Assembly (NCBI GenBank): GCA_040756235.1
Contig: JBFLZG010000021.1
Span: 1-14,415 of the forward strand
Reading direction: 5' to 3'
From: a bacterium
GTDB taxonomy: Bacteria > Desulfobacterota > DSWW01
Length of the DNA: 14,415 nucleotides
Positions 1 to 8,026 of this stretch are shown here, in pieces (the stretch's first letter is position 1; each line of letters begins with the position of its first letter). Below the pieces are notes generated by a model that was given only the letters and a program-made list of their open reading frames with translations, was not told where the DNA came from and did no database searches. The position numbers and the translations under genes are program-made.

Positions 1-37
1 TTGCTTCGGTCGCCTGTGGCTCCCTCGCAATGTCCGC
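1..37 (+). repeat. 3' half of the ~100-bp hairpin repeat (family A), truncated by the window start
   Basis: TTGCTTCGGTCGCCTGTGGCTCCCTCGCAATGTCCGC is near-identical to 11223-11259, 14164-14200 and 14263-14300. Confidence 0.9.
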
Positions 38-70
38 AACACTTCGTGTCCTCGCTCCGCCCCCTCAAGG

Positions 71-90
71 CGGCCTTGGCCGGGGATGAC
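71..90 (-). repeat. CGTC-type REP-like palindrome (partial)
   Basis: CGGCCTTGGCCGGGGATGAC is identical to 11280-11299 and also follows a family A copy there. Confidence 0.75.
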
Positions 91-300
91 AGACTTTGTA
101 ACTCCTCACTGTCCACCCTCCTGTGGTTCGCTTGCCCGCAACCGTTCCGCCGGCCGTGGCATCGTAAAACCGCATGCCGCGCGGGCAGGGTGCTTCCGCG
201 ATCCTCCTCTTCTCCTGACCCCGTTCTGCTCGGGTCGCGTCCGCAGCTTCCGCCATTTCACGGGTTCTGGAAACAGAACCCGAATTCCAAAGGAGAGACA

Positions 301-307
301 AAGGAGG
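301..307 (+). promoter_or_regulatory. Shine-Dalgarno site for the ferritin-like gene
   Basis: AAGGAGG lies 8 nt upstream of ATG 316. Confidence 0.8.
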
Positions 308-315
308 TGGCGCTC

Positions 316-1581
316 ATGAAACAGCAGGCCAAAGCCAAGCGGAAGTCCGGAGGATTCGATCCGCTGCGGGAGCGCGGCATCCCGATCGAGAAGCAGCTCC
401 TCAGCTGGTCCAAGCTCAACTCCAAGCCCTACAACAAACAGGAAGTACATCCTTACACGCGGGTCCGCGGCATCTTCATGAACGGCATCGAGACCGAGGC
501 CGCCATCTTCGGCCATCAGTTCGCCAGGCACACCGAGGACCTCGATCTGAAGAGAAAGCTCGCCCTGGTGCGCCGGACCGAACAGCAGCAGCAAAAGGCC
601 ATCAACTGGCTCATCCCGGGCAACGAGTCCACGATCGAGGTCACGATCGGTTACGAGCAGGTGGCGGTGGACCTCACGTCCAACCTGGCCCGCAACACTC
701 CGGACCCCTACGTCAAGGCGGCCCTGGATTTCGCGCTGCTCGAGGACTTCGATCACCTCTATCGCTACGCGAACCTGCTCGACCTGACACAGCGCAAGAA
801 GGCGGAGTCGATCACCGGAAAGTACACGGAGATCATGCCCGGCAGGCCCACGATCGTCGAGCATCGCCACCCTTTCGACGATGTCCGGAGACACTATGAC
901 GGCACAAGCGCCGACCCGCTGGTGAAGATGCAGATCCTGGCGATCACGGCCGCCGAGCAGCAGACGATGAACTTCTACATGAACGTGGGAAACCGGCTCG
1001 AGGACATGGTCGGGCGCGGGCTTTACCTGGAGATCGCCCAGATCGAGGAGCAGCACGTCACCCATTACGAGTCGCTGATGGATCCGAACGCGAGCTGGTT
1101 TGAAATGCTCGCCCTCCACGAGTACACGGAGTGCTGGCTCTACTATTCGATGTTGGAGCAGGAGGTCGATGCTCAGGCCAGAAAAGTCTGGCAACGTCAC
1201 CTGGACATGGAGATCGAGCACCTGAAGATCGCCTGCGATCTGCTCCGCTCGCGCGGGGACATCGAGCCGGAGGCCATTCTGCCGAAGAGCATGCCCGAGA
1301 CCCTGATCGTGTTCGAGTCGAACGTCGATTACGTGCGCGAAGTCCTCGCCACGCAGTTCGACTGCAACGCGTTCGAGACCGAATTCCTGCCGCGCAAGGA
1401 GATGCCGAAGAACCCGAGATACGGGCTCTACCAGCGGGCCGTCAACGCGGGCGGAGTGCCGAGCGAGCAGGTCATCGAGAGTCACATCGCAAAGAAGAGG
1501 CAGGATTACCGGCAGGAGATTGCAGGCCCCCATCCGATCGAAAAGATGAGGAACCGGCGAGGCTACGCGTCCGCTGCCTGA
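316..1581 (+). CDS. Conserved hypothetical protein, ferritin-like superfamily (probably two tandem four-helix bundles), 421 aa
   Basis: Strong SD before ATG 316; the upstream part of the track ORF (1-315) is repeat/UTR. Repeated E...ExxH-type motifs: GIETE...EQQQ, YEQVA...EDFDH, AEQQT...EEQH, HEYTE...EIEH. Confidence 0.8.
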   Translation: MKQQAKAKRKSGGFDPLRERGIPIEKQLLSWSKLNSKPYNKQEVHPYTRVRGIFMNGIETEAAIFGHQFARHTEDLDLKRKLALVRRTEQQQQKAINWLIPGNESTIEVTIGYEQVAVDLTSNLARNTPDPYVKAALDFALLEDFDHLYRYANLLDLTQRKKAESITGKYTEIMPGRPTIVEHRHPFDDVRRHYDGTSADPLVKMQILAITAAEQQTMNFYMNVGNRLEDMVGRGLYLEIAQIEEQHVTHYESLMDPNASWFEMLALHEYTECWLYYSMLEQEVDAQARKVWQRHLDMEIEHLKIACDLLRSRGDIEPEAILPKSMPETLIVFESNVDYVREVLATQFDCNAFETEFLPRKEMPKNPRYGLYQRAVNAGGVPSEQVIESHIAKKRQDYRQEIAGPHPIEKMRNRRGYASAA

Positions 1582-1771
1582 GTGCTGCCGTTTCCCCGGC
1601 GCCCGGGAGGGCCGTCGTGTCGAGGACCCTCCCGCGCCGCATCCCTCTCACGGCCTTCTTCTCACGTTTCTTCAATCACCGACCGTCTCCCGGTGCCTGT
1701 TCGCAGGGCCTGCCGAGGGCCTGCCGGGAAAGCGCCCGAGTAGCCGCCGCCGATGAGCCGGCCGAAAAGTG

Positions 1772-1800
1772 TTGCCTTCCAGCTGCAACTCAGCTAAGAA
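1772..1800 (+). promoter_or_regulatory. Possible sigma70-type promoter upstream of the YkuD gene
   Basis: TTGCCT-N17-TAAGAA in a locally AT-richer patch; the -10 box is imperfect. Confidence 0.25.
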
Positions 1801-1917
1801 GCTGAAACAGCCGATCAGCAAGGGGGGACCGGTATGCTCGAGCGGACCGGATCCGGCCCTGCGCGTCGCTTCAGGGGTTCTCGCCGTTAAGCGTGCCTGC
1901 TTGGGAGACGGAGACAG

Positions 1918-2637
1918 GTGCGGACAGCCCGGGGGAGGGTCGAGACTCGAAAATCCGTGCTGCAGGTCGGACGGGCCTCGCCGTCGGCCTTCCGCCGCCT
2001 CGCCATCACCCTGTCCTTTCTGGCCATGCTCGTTGCGGCCGGTCCGCCGCGGCAAGCCGAAGCCGAAGCCGTCCCGCCGGCGGAATGTGCCCCCGCCCCC
2101 GCGGCCGGAATTGCGGCAGGAGCGGTCGAGCGCCCGTATCTTCGCGTGGATTACCGGTTCCCCTCCTCGTCCGTCACCAACCCCACGATCTACGTGCTCA
2201 AGAGCAGGCGAAGGCTCCTGGTCGTGGAAGGCGAGACGCTCATTCGAAGCTACCCCATCGGCCTGGGGACCGCCCCACTGGGGGACAAGGAGAAGAGGGG
2301 CGACTGCCGGACGCCGGAAGGGACCTTCTACATATGCGGAAGGAACCCCGGGAGCCGGTACTACAAGGCCCTGGACCTCACCTACCCGAGCCTCAGGCAT
2401 GCGGAGAAGGCGCTGCTTTCGGGCACGCTGTCCGAGCTGCAGTACCAGAGCATCGCGGAAGCCATCCGATCCGGGCAGCGGCCTCCGTCCGATACGTACC
2501 TGGGCGGAGACATCTGCATCCACGGCGGTGGCGCCCAGGAGGACTGGACCCGGGGATGCGTCGCCATGTACGACCGCGACATGGATGAGCTGTTCGAGAT
2601 GATCTGCGTGGGAACCACGGTCATCATCTACCCCTGA
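1918..2637 (+). CDS. YkuD-domain protein, YafK/DpaA(LdtF)-like subfamily (peptidoglycan amidase/L,D-peptidase); start may be GTG 1918 or GTG 1957
   Basis: Signal-like segment RRLAITLSFLAMLVAAG...AEA. Motifs KEKRGDCRTPEGTFY, NPGSRYYKALDLTYP and catalytic IHGG...WTRGCVAM. Confidence 0.85.
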   Translation: MRTARGRVETRKSVLQVGRASPSAFRRLAITLSFLAMLVAAGPPRQAEAEAVPPAECAPAPAAGIAAGAVERPYLRVDYRFPSSSVTNPTIYVLKSRRRLLVVEGETLIRSYPIGLGTAPLGDKEKRGDCRTPEGTFYICGRNPGSRYYKALDLTYPSLRHAEKALLSGTLSELQYQSIAEAIRSGQRPPSDTYLGGDICIHGGGAQEDWTRGCVAMYDRDMDELFEMICVGTTVIIYP

Positions 2638-2887
2638 GTCGTATCCGGAAGATTCTCGAGCTTCCCCGTCTCATTCGGCCCTCCTCCGTTCCGCTCCGAG
2701 CAAGCCCGTACCCGCCCCCGATCCGCTCCCGCATCCGGCGCTCCGGGGCGGACGCAACCTTCAGGAAACGCAGGGATGCCTGACTTCCGGCCGCCTTTTC
2801 CCCGCCCTTTTCATCTGCAACGCATCCGGCTGCGCCTGCATCCTAGGAGATGAACCCCGGCGCCCGGAGACCCCGTCCAAAACGTCC

Positions 2888-3802
2888 ATGCTCATTCACA
2901 GAACAATATTTCTGGGTTTCTTTTTCGCGACCTCCTTGCTTGCCGGGCATCCCGCAGAGGCCGGATCTTACCGGTACGCGTATCCGTCCGAGGGGCAAGA
3001 CCCGGCCGGCTGGATCACGGTCGTGGGCGTCAAAACTGAACATAGAGTGTCTCCGAAGGAGACCTTGTTGGACGTGGCAAGGAGCTACGGCCTCGGTTTC
3101 AACGAGATTCAGATTCTCCATCCGGACCTCGATCCGTGGATCCCTCCTCCGGGAACGGACCTGGAGATCCCGACCCAGTGGGTCCTCCCTCCGAGCCGGC
3201 GCCATGGGATCGTGATCAACCTTCCGGAGATGAGGCTCTATCGCTTTTATCCGGCCGTTCAGATGGTCGCCACCTATCCGGTGGGAATCGGCGATGCCGA
3301 GACCCCGACGCCTGAAGGAGACTACCGAATCGTGAGTCGGGAGGTGGATCCCACCTGGGTGATCCCGCAGTCCCTGCGAGCGAAATATGACGTCAGGGCA
3401 ATCCCTCCGGGCCCGGACAACCCGCTGGGGCAATTTTGGCTCGGGCTTTCGCTCGAGGGATACGGGATACACGGCACGGATTTCCCCTGGTGCGTGGGCA
3501 GGATGATCAGCTACGGGTGCATCCGGCTCTATCCGGAAGACATCGAGCCGCTCTACCGGGACGTGCCCGCCGGCATGCCGGTGGAGATCGTCTACGAGCC
3601 GGTCAAGATCGGGTTCAAGGAGCGGGAGATCTTCGTGGAAATCCACCCGGACGTCTATGGCAGGTTTCCGGACTTCAGCAGTTACGCCTTGCAGGTCCTG
3701 TCAGAGGAGGTCCGGCTGCCGGACGTATTCATGGACCTGTTCTGGGCAGCCGTCGAGAGGAGCGATGGTATGCCGGTCGCGATCGGAGCCCTCGAGGATT
3801 GA
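2888..3802 (+). CDS. LysM + YkuD L,D-transpeptidase (ErfK/YcfS/YnhG-type)
   Basis: Signal peptide, LysM-like ETLLDVARSYGLG...DPWIP, GIVINLPEMRLY, YPVGIG, PPGPDNPLG, catalytic GIHGT...SYGCIRL, and C-terminal EIHPDVY. Confidence 0.92.
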   Translation: MLIHRTIFLGFFFATSLLAGHPAEAGSYRYAYPSEGQDPAGWITVVGVKTEHRVSPKETLLDVARSYGLGFNEIQILHPDLDPWIPPPGTDLEIPTQWVLPPSRRHGIVINLPEMRLYRFYPAVQMVATYPVGIGDAETPTPEGDYRIVSREVDPTWVIPQSLRAKYDVRAIPPGPDNPLGQFWLGLSLEGYGIHGTDFPWCVGRMISYGCIRLYPEDIEPLYRDVPAGMPVEIVYEPVKIGFKEREIFVEIHPDVYGRFPDFSSYALQVLSEEVRLPDVFMDLFWAAVERSDGMPVAIGALED

Positions 3803-3888
3803 GCAGGGGCTCGCTGTTTGTGGTGTGAGCCAGGCAAGGGGCGTCGGTCGCCCTCGAAGTCATCAACCTCAAGGACAGGAGGCAAGAA

Positions 3889-4203
3889 ATGAAGGCGAGG
3901 AAGGGAATGGCGTTTCTTCTGGTCATCGCGATGGTCGCACTGACCGGCATGGCTTCGGCCGGATGCGCGACCAAGAAGCAGGTCTGCAGTCTGCAGGAGC
4001 AGATCGACGCCCTGAAACAGCAAAGGGCCGAGGCTCCGGATCTGAGCGGTCAGATCCAGCAGTCGGAGGCCTCCGCGCTCAAGGCTCAAGAGGCTGCACA
4101 GGCCGCCGAGGCTGCGGCCACCAGGGCAGATGAGGCCGCCAGCCGAGCCGAAGCCATGGCCAGCAAGTCCGAAGCGAGCTTCGCGCAGAGAATGAGGAAG
4201 TAG
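3889..4203 (+). CDS. OprI/Lpp-like alanine-zipper outer-membrane lipoprotein
   Basis: SD AGGAGG at 3877-3882; basic N-terminus, hydrophobic stretch and lipobox SAG-C; Ala-rich coiled coil (AQEAAQAAEAAATRADEAASRAEA); C-terminus RMRK resembles OprI ASRK and Lpp KYRK. Confidence 0.85.
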   Translation: MKARKGMAFLLVIAMVALTGMASAGCATKKQVCSLQEQIDALKQQRAEAPDLSGQIQQSEASALKAQEAAQAAEAAATRADEAASRAEAMASKSEASFAQRMRK

Positions 4204-4210
4204 GCGAGGG

Positions 4211-4254
4211 CTGGTAGGGGCGTATGGCCGTACGCCCCTATACGCCCCTACCAG
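4211..4254. repeat. GTAG-type REP palindrome between convergent genes, possibly a bidirectional terminator or mRNA stabiliser
   Basis: Perfect 15-bp inverted repeat CTGGTAGGGGCGTAT (4211-4225) / ATACGCCCCTACCAG (4240-4254), with an internal tandem duplication of TACGCCCCTA. Confidence 0.8.
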
Positions 4255-4949
4255 GGAATCTCCGAGCCATCATAGCTGATGAACCGGCCGGACAGGTCCG
4301 GGCCGGCCGCCTCCAGCACCTTCCGCATGCCGGCCACGCTCTGCGCCGGGGAGAGGGTGGCGCTCGGCCCTCCCATGTCGGTCCTCACCCAGCCCGGGTG
4401 CAGGACGAGGACCGTGACCTTGCGATTTCTGAGATCGATTGAGAGGCTCTTCATCGCTGCGTTGACCGCGGCCTTGCTGGATCGGTACAGATAGCTCCCG
4501 CCGCTCGTATTGTCCGCGATGCTGCCCATCCGGCTCGAGAGGGCGGCAATGATCCTCCTGTCGCTGCGCTCCACGTGCTCGAGGAACGTCTCGGACATCT
4601 TGAGGGGCGCCATGGCGTTCACGCGAAAGACGGCGATCCACTTCTCGCAGTCGACCCCAACGAGCCCCGATCCCCGCCCGTTCCCGCCCGAAACGCCGGC
4701 ATTGTTCAGCAGGATGTCGATTCTTTCGTCCCGGAGATCGCGGGCGAGGGCATCGATCTGCCCGGGGTCCGTGACGTCGAGCCGATGGACCGACAGCAGG
4801 CCGCGTGCAGCAGGGATGAGCGCGTTCAGCTTCTCGGCGCCCTCCGGATTGCGGCAGCAAGCGAACACCCGCCAGCCCGCCTCGCAGTACTGCCGGGCGA
4901 ATTCGAGGCCCAGCCCCCGGCTGGCGCCGGTGACGAGAATGCTCGGCAT
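4248..4949 (-). CDS. Short-chain dehydrogenase/reductase, CsgA(C-factor)/Sniffer-like
   Basis: TGASRGLG Rossmann motif, NNAG, SSRMGSI, catalytic YRSSK, LHPGWVRTDMGG, C-terminal IPW; SD GGAGG/GGAAGGA upstream. Confidence 0.92.
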   Translation of the reverse strand: MPSILVTGASRGLGLEFARQYCEAGWRVFACCRNPEGAEKLNALIPAARGLLSVHRLDVTDPGQIDALARDLRDERIDILLNNAGVSGGNGRGSGLVGVDCEKWIAVFRVNAMAPLKMSETFLEHVERSDRRIIAALSSRMGSIADNTSGGSYLYRSSKAAVNAAMKSLSIDLRNRKVTVLVLHPGWVRTDMGGPSATLSPAQSVAGMRKVLEAAGPDLSGRFISYDGSEIPW

Positions 4950-5079
4950 GTCCTTCCCTCCGTCTCTCCCCCGAAGTTTCGATACTTATAAGAGATTCCA
5001 GGGCAGAGAGGGTGGATTCGGTGCAGCGGGATGCCGGGGTGTCGCCGTCCGCGAGCAGGACCGGCGGAGCGACGGCTCC

Positions 5080-5259
5080 TTACGATTCTTCCGGCTCTTT
5101 CTTGAGGGATCGGATCCCATGCCGGGCCATCATCTCATGCAGGACGCTCCGGTGGAGTCCTGTCTTCCTGGCTGCGGCCGAAACGTTTCCGCCGCATTGC
5201 TCGAGGACGCTCCGGAGAAACGATCTCTCGATCTGTTCCTGGGCGCGCTCGTCGGGCAC
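5080..5259 (-). pseudogene. Fis-type (HTH_8) helix-turn-helix ORF, 59 aa; either a remnant C-terminus of an NtrC-family sigma54 activator or a small standalone Fis-like protein
   Basis: Manual translation from GTG 5259 to TAA 5080 gives MPDERAQEQIERSFLRSVLEQCGGNVSAAARKTGLHRSVLHEMMARHGIRSLKKEPEES, a classic ER..L...L....GNVS.AAR..GL.R pattern. It is absent from the ORF track, has no clear SD, and abuts a REP. Confidence 0.7.
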
Positions 5260-5261
5260 TC

Positions 5262-5328
5262 CGGATCCCGGAGGGGCGCAGCAGGCAGCGCCCCTACAAG
5301 CTCACGTGCGACCATGGGCCGGGATACG
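5262..5328 (-). repeat. Composite REP: GTAG-type palindrome nested in a CGTC-type REP
   Basis: GGATCCCGG [AGGGGCGCAGCAGGCAGCGCCCCTAC...] TGGGCCGGGATACG. Confidence 0.75.
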
Positions 5329-5346
5329 AATTAGGACAAGGCCGGC

Positions 5347-7290
5347 TCAGATCACCCTGGCGATGCTGGCGCCCTCGAAGGTGGCGTTGATGATCTTGCG
5401 CGGGTCCCGGGCGTCCCCGATCACGTAGACCTCCGGCACCAGCCCGGCCGCCTTCGACTCGAGGGCCTCCACGGACTTCGAGCCCAGGGCGTTGACCACG
5501 GAGTCGGCGGCGATCAGGGACTTCCTTCCCATGGGGTCCAGCAGCACGACCCCCTGGTCGTTGATCTCGGCAATGACCTTGCCCGTGACGGACTGGATCC
5601 CTGCCTTCGGCAGGCGCTCGAACAGCAGGTCCACCCGCGCGATCGGCTCCATGTCCGCGGCCAGCTCGCCGCGCATCTCCAGCACCGTCACCTCCTTGCC
5701 CTGCTCGCTCAAGAGCAGCGCCGTCTCGCACCCGGCCATGCCGCCGCCGGCGATCGCGACCTTTTTCCCGGGGACGTTCACCTTGCGCGCCAGCACGTCC
5801 CAGGCCAGAAAGACATTCTTGCCGGAAATGCCGGCAATGTCGGGCACGATCGGTTCCGCCCCGGTGGCGACGACGAGCACGTCCGGCTTTTCCGCGCGGA
5901 GGAGCTCCTCGTCCACCTCCCGGTCGAGCTCGACTTTGACGCCCGCCTTGGGGAGCTGGGAAGCGTAGTACTCCCGGACGAAGCCGAGCTTGCTCTTCCC
6001 CGGGGCGAGCGCGGCCACCCGGATCTGGCCGGCGAGCTCGCCTGCCTTCTCGTACAGGGTGACGTCGTGCCCGCGCAGGGCGGCCACGCGAGCAGCCTCC
6101 ATCCCGCCGGGCCCGCCGCCTGCGATCATCACCTTCTTCTTGCGCCCGGCCGGCTTCAGCTCGACCCAGCCGTCCAGCCGTTCGTGCCCGACCACCGGGT
6201 TCACCGTGCAGCGCATGTAGAGGTCGTTGAAGACGTGTCCCCCGAGGCAGCCGATGTTGCAGCTGATGCACTTGCGGATGTCCTCGTCCCGCCCCTCCTG
6301 CGCCTTCAGGGCCCAGTGGGGGTCCGCGATCAGGGTCCGGCCCACGGCCACGAAGTCCGCCTTGCCGTCCCTGAGGATGGCCTCCGCGACCGCAGGTGTG
6401 CGGATCACGCCCACGGCGATGACCGGGATCTTCACGTGCTTCCGGATCTCCGCCGCCAGATAGGACCGCCACCCTTCTTCGAAGCGCATCGGCTCCGCGA
6501 TGATCGGGAGCGACTCGTAGATCCCGGCGCTCGCGTGCAGGATGTCGATGCCGGCCCCCTCCAGCATTTTCGAGATCCGGACCGAATCCTCGATCTTGAG
6601 CCCTCCCGGCACGAACTCGTCGGCGCTCAGGCGGAAGGAGAGGGGAAAGTCCGGCCCGACCTTGGCCCGGGTCTTCTTGATGATCTCCAACGGGAACCGC
6701 ATGCGCCGCTCGAAGGTGCCTCCCCAGTCGTCGATCCGCTGGTTGGTGTGCGGGGACATGAACTGGTTGATGAGGTAGCCGTGGGCGCCGTGCAGCTCGA
6801 CGCCGTCCATCCCTGCTTTCTTGGCTCGGAGGGCGGTCTCGGAGAACCGTTCGACGAGATCCAGGATCTCGCCTGCGGTCAGCTCCCGGACCGGCACCTG
6901 CAGGAGCCCGTCCGGTATGGCCGACGGCGCGACCCCTTCCGCCCCCTCGTTGCCGTGATACTCCCTGCCAGCGTGATGGATCTGCATGAAGATCGCGGCC
7001 CCGTAGCCGTGCACCGCCTCGGCCAGCTCCTGGAAGCCGGCCACGTACTTGTCGTCGTCCAGCCGGAGCTGGCAGGCGACATTCTTGCCTTCCGGGTACT
7101 TGACCTGGACGTTCTCGACGATGATCAGCCCGACCTTGCCCTTGGCCCTCTCCACATAGTACCGGATCAGTCTTTCCGTGACCTCTCCGGAGGGGCCGGC
7201 AAAGTTCGTCGCCATGGGCGGCATGATGACCCGGTTTCTGAGGCGCACTCTGCCGATCCTTCCGGGCTCGAATAGCTTCGGGTACTTCAT
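5347..7290 (-). CDS. NADH:flavin oxidoreductase, OYE-like (enoate reductase / 2,4-dienoyl-CoA reductase / BaiCD-type architecture)
   Basis: TIM-barrel motifs RNRVIMPPM, QIHHAGR, ELHGAHGYLINQF, NQRIDDWGG; 4Fe-4S motif CISCNIGC-x11-C; FAD motif GGGPGG; NAD(P) motif GGGMAG; SD AAGGAG at 7300-7305. Confidence 0.92.
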   Translation of the reverse strand: MKYPKLFEPGRIGRVRLRNRVIMPPMATNFAGPSGEVTERLIRYYVERAKGKVGLIIVENVQVKYPEGKNVACQLRLDDDKYVAGFQELAEAVHGYGAAIFMQIHHAGREYHGNEGAEGVAPSAIPDGLLQVPVRELTAGEILDLVERFSETALRAKKAGMDGVELHGAHGYLINQFMSPHTNQRIDDWGGTFERRMRFPLEIIKKTRAKVGPDFPLSFRLSADEFVPGGLKIEDSVRISKMLEGAGIDILHASAGIYESLPIIAEPMRFEEGWRSYLAAEIRKHVKIPVIAVGVIRTPAVAEAILRDGKADFVAVGRTLIADPHWALKAQEGRDEDIRKCISCNIGCLGGHVFNDLYMRCTVNPVVGHERLDGWVELKPAGRKKKVMIAGGGPGGMEAARVAALRGHDVTLYEKAGELAGQIRVAALAPGKSKLGFVREYYASQLPKAGVKVELDREVDEELLRAEKPDVLVVATGAEPIVPDIAGISGKNVFLAWDVLARKVNVPGKKVAIAGGGMAGCETALLLSEQGKEVTVLEMRGELAADMEPIARVDLLFERLPKAGIQSVTGKVIAEINDQGVVLLDPMGRKSLIAADSVVNALGSKSVEALESKAAGLVPEVYVIGDARDPRKIINATFEGASIARVI

Positions 7291-7665
7291 GGTTGTCCAC
7301 TCCTTTCTTTCGGGGTCAGCCGGAAGCCGTGCTGAGTAGTTCGGTCATTCCCGCGCAAGACGAGGAGAACGAAGCCGCTTGATCCCAACGTTGCCGCCGC
7401 AAGCGCAGCGCCGAAGACCTGTTCTCGTTACGTGGTTGCGCGTCCAGTCCTTGATCTCATCCCACAGACGTAACGGGCGAGGGAATCCAGTGCTCTTGAA
7501 TGACGTTGCCATCGGTTTGCATGACCCTGTTCTCCTCTTTACCTCTATGTCCATGAGGAGGCTGCCTCTTCCTGCCTCCTGTTCTCCCCATCTGGCTTGT
7601 GAGACCCCGCAAGAAGGTTTCCGTGAAATCGGCAGGGCAGCAGTCGTGCGAATATCCCCGGGCGC

Positions 7666-7996
7666 GGGAATCCCTCTGCGTCATTGAATCCGGGAAGGGC
7701 GCAGCAAGCAGCGCCTCTTACAAGACCTCGCGCCCTGGGGCGCGATGACGGGACAAGACACAGCCTCGCAGGCAGGAATCCAGTCCCTGCTGCCCGTCTT
7801 TTCGTCACCCCGGCGAAGGCCGGGGTCCAGTCCCTGTACCCGGCAACAAACGCTGTGCATGATGCACCCTTCTGGATCCCGGCTCACACGCGCTCCGCAT
7901 CTGGGCCGGGATGACGGAATAGGACACGGCCTCGCAAGCAGGAATCCCCGCAGCGTCATTGGATCCCGGAGGGCGCAGCAAGCAGCGCCCCTACAA
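7666..7996. repeat. BIME-like mosaic of CGTC- and GTAG-type REPs with internal direct repeats
   Basis: CGTCACCCCGGCGAAGGCCGGGGTCCAG at 7803-7830 faces a reverse REP at 7872-7916. GTAG-containing units lie at 7685-7750 and 7960-7994. 7667-7723 is an imperfect direct repeat of 7941-7996, and 7735-7780 of 7901-7947. Confidence 0.85.
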
Positions 7997-8026
7997 CGCA
8001 ACCTGGTCACACAGGCAGCGCCCTCC

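Noticed and set aside
1..315. N-terminal extension of the 526-aa track ORF
   Set aside because: It translates repeat and UTR sequence; the strong SD supports ATG 316.
1603..1634. Intrinsic terminator after the ferritin-like gene (GGGAGGG...CCCTCCC)
   Set aside because: The loop is large and no U-tract follows immediately; only a possible hairpin.
2700..2790. c-di-GMP-I riboswitch suggested by GGACGCAA upstream of the LysM transpeptidase
   Set aside because: The GCAAAC/GNRA P2 stem and the remaining consensus are not evident.
4248..4949. Assignment as myxobacterial C-signal csgA
   Set aside because: CsgA-like SDRs are widespread and nothing in the neighbourhood indicates a developmental role.
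7345..7554. 69-aa minus-strand ORF
   Set aside because: No recognisable domain, no clear SD, and it ends in REP-like sequence.
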